64,000 nt of DNA from Octopus vulgaris (Eukaryota), in the NCBI GenBank assembly GCA_951406725.2, contig OX597824.1, forward strand, positions 46,066,001 to 46,130,000, in the 5' to 3' direction. Under the pieces are notes generated by a model. That model had not been told where the DNA came from and ran no database searches. It saw only the letters and a list, made by a program, of their open reading frames with translations. The stretch's first letter is position 1, and every line of letters begins with the position of its first letter. The position numbers were made by a program, and so were the translations under genes. Shown one piece after another: positions 63,496 to 64,000 of the stretch.

Positions 63496-64000
63496 AGTTG
63501 TAGAAATATATAATATTTCCATTCTACAAATTATACAGCCCAAGTGAAATCGAGAGGAAAATCAGAGAAAAGAATTTTATTGATAAATTCGAACCCAAGC
63601 TAAATAAGCAATAATAATAATACTTAGAGGTACTACTTCTACTGCTACGACCATGACCACTAACAACAACAACAATACTAAAGGTGATCAAGATGAAGCT
63701 AGCAGGAAAATTATCTTATTTAGGGTTAAAAATTCTATTGCCACCACCATCACCACTAGCAACAATAATTAAGGTGCTGACAATGATGATGATGACAATT
63801 GAAATATAAAAATCCCTGACAAAGGCTATTTACATTTCTAAAAATAGCCCAACAATTGCTGCCTCGGCCAGGGTTAAGATACAGGACTCTTGACATGTTC
63901 AACAAAGTGTGATGCCTAAACCAATCAGCTTAAGTAATTGATTGATGCTACACACTGATTGGTCAGAATACAGTTTGCAAAACCTAGCAATCTGGAGCCT

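Overview
AT-rich, repeat-dense eukaryotic DNA, not prokaryotic. The repeat families (tRNA-headed SINEs with CA/TA/TAA/GAT tails, RTE tails) match those known from coleoid cephalopods, most likely Octopus; this is an inference from repeat recognition. Only one host coding exon is supported: the first exon of a minus-strand PH-domain gene (59285-58905) inside a CpG-retaining zone. I found no convincing second exon, so most of the window is probably one very large intron. It is filled with SINEs, RTE, CR1 and R4/Dong-like LINE fragments, Helitrons, DD37D and mariner relics, and hAT and piggyBac-like MITEs. The least expected signals are: (1) several minimal type-I hammerhead ribozyme motifs of Penelope-like-element style (889-977, 4581-4612, 22182-22222, both arms of an inverted repeat at 61368-61905, and an atypical CCGAAGA-core motif at 62092-62154); (2) a pogo/Tigger transposase relic with a spliceosomal intron; (3) long fold-back structures that would form dsRNA in the pre-mRNA. 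I see no evidence of a wholly new multi-gene system. Almost all ORF-track entries are microsatellite or repeat artefacts. Repeat boundaries were read by eye and are approximate unless termini or TSDs are quoted.
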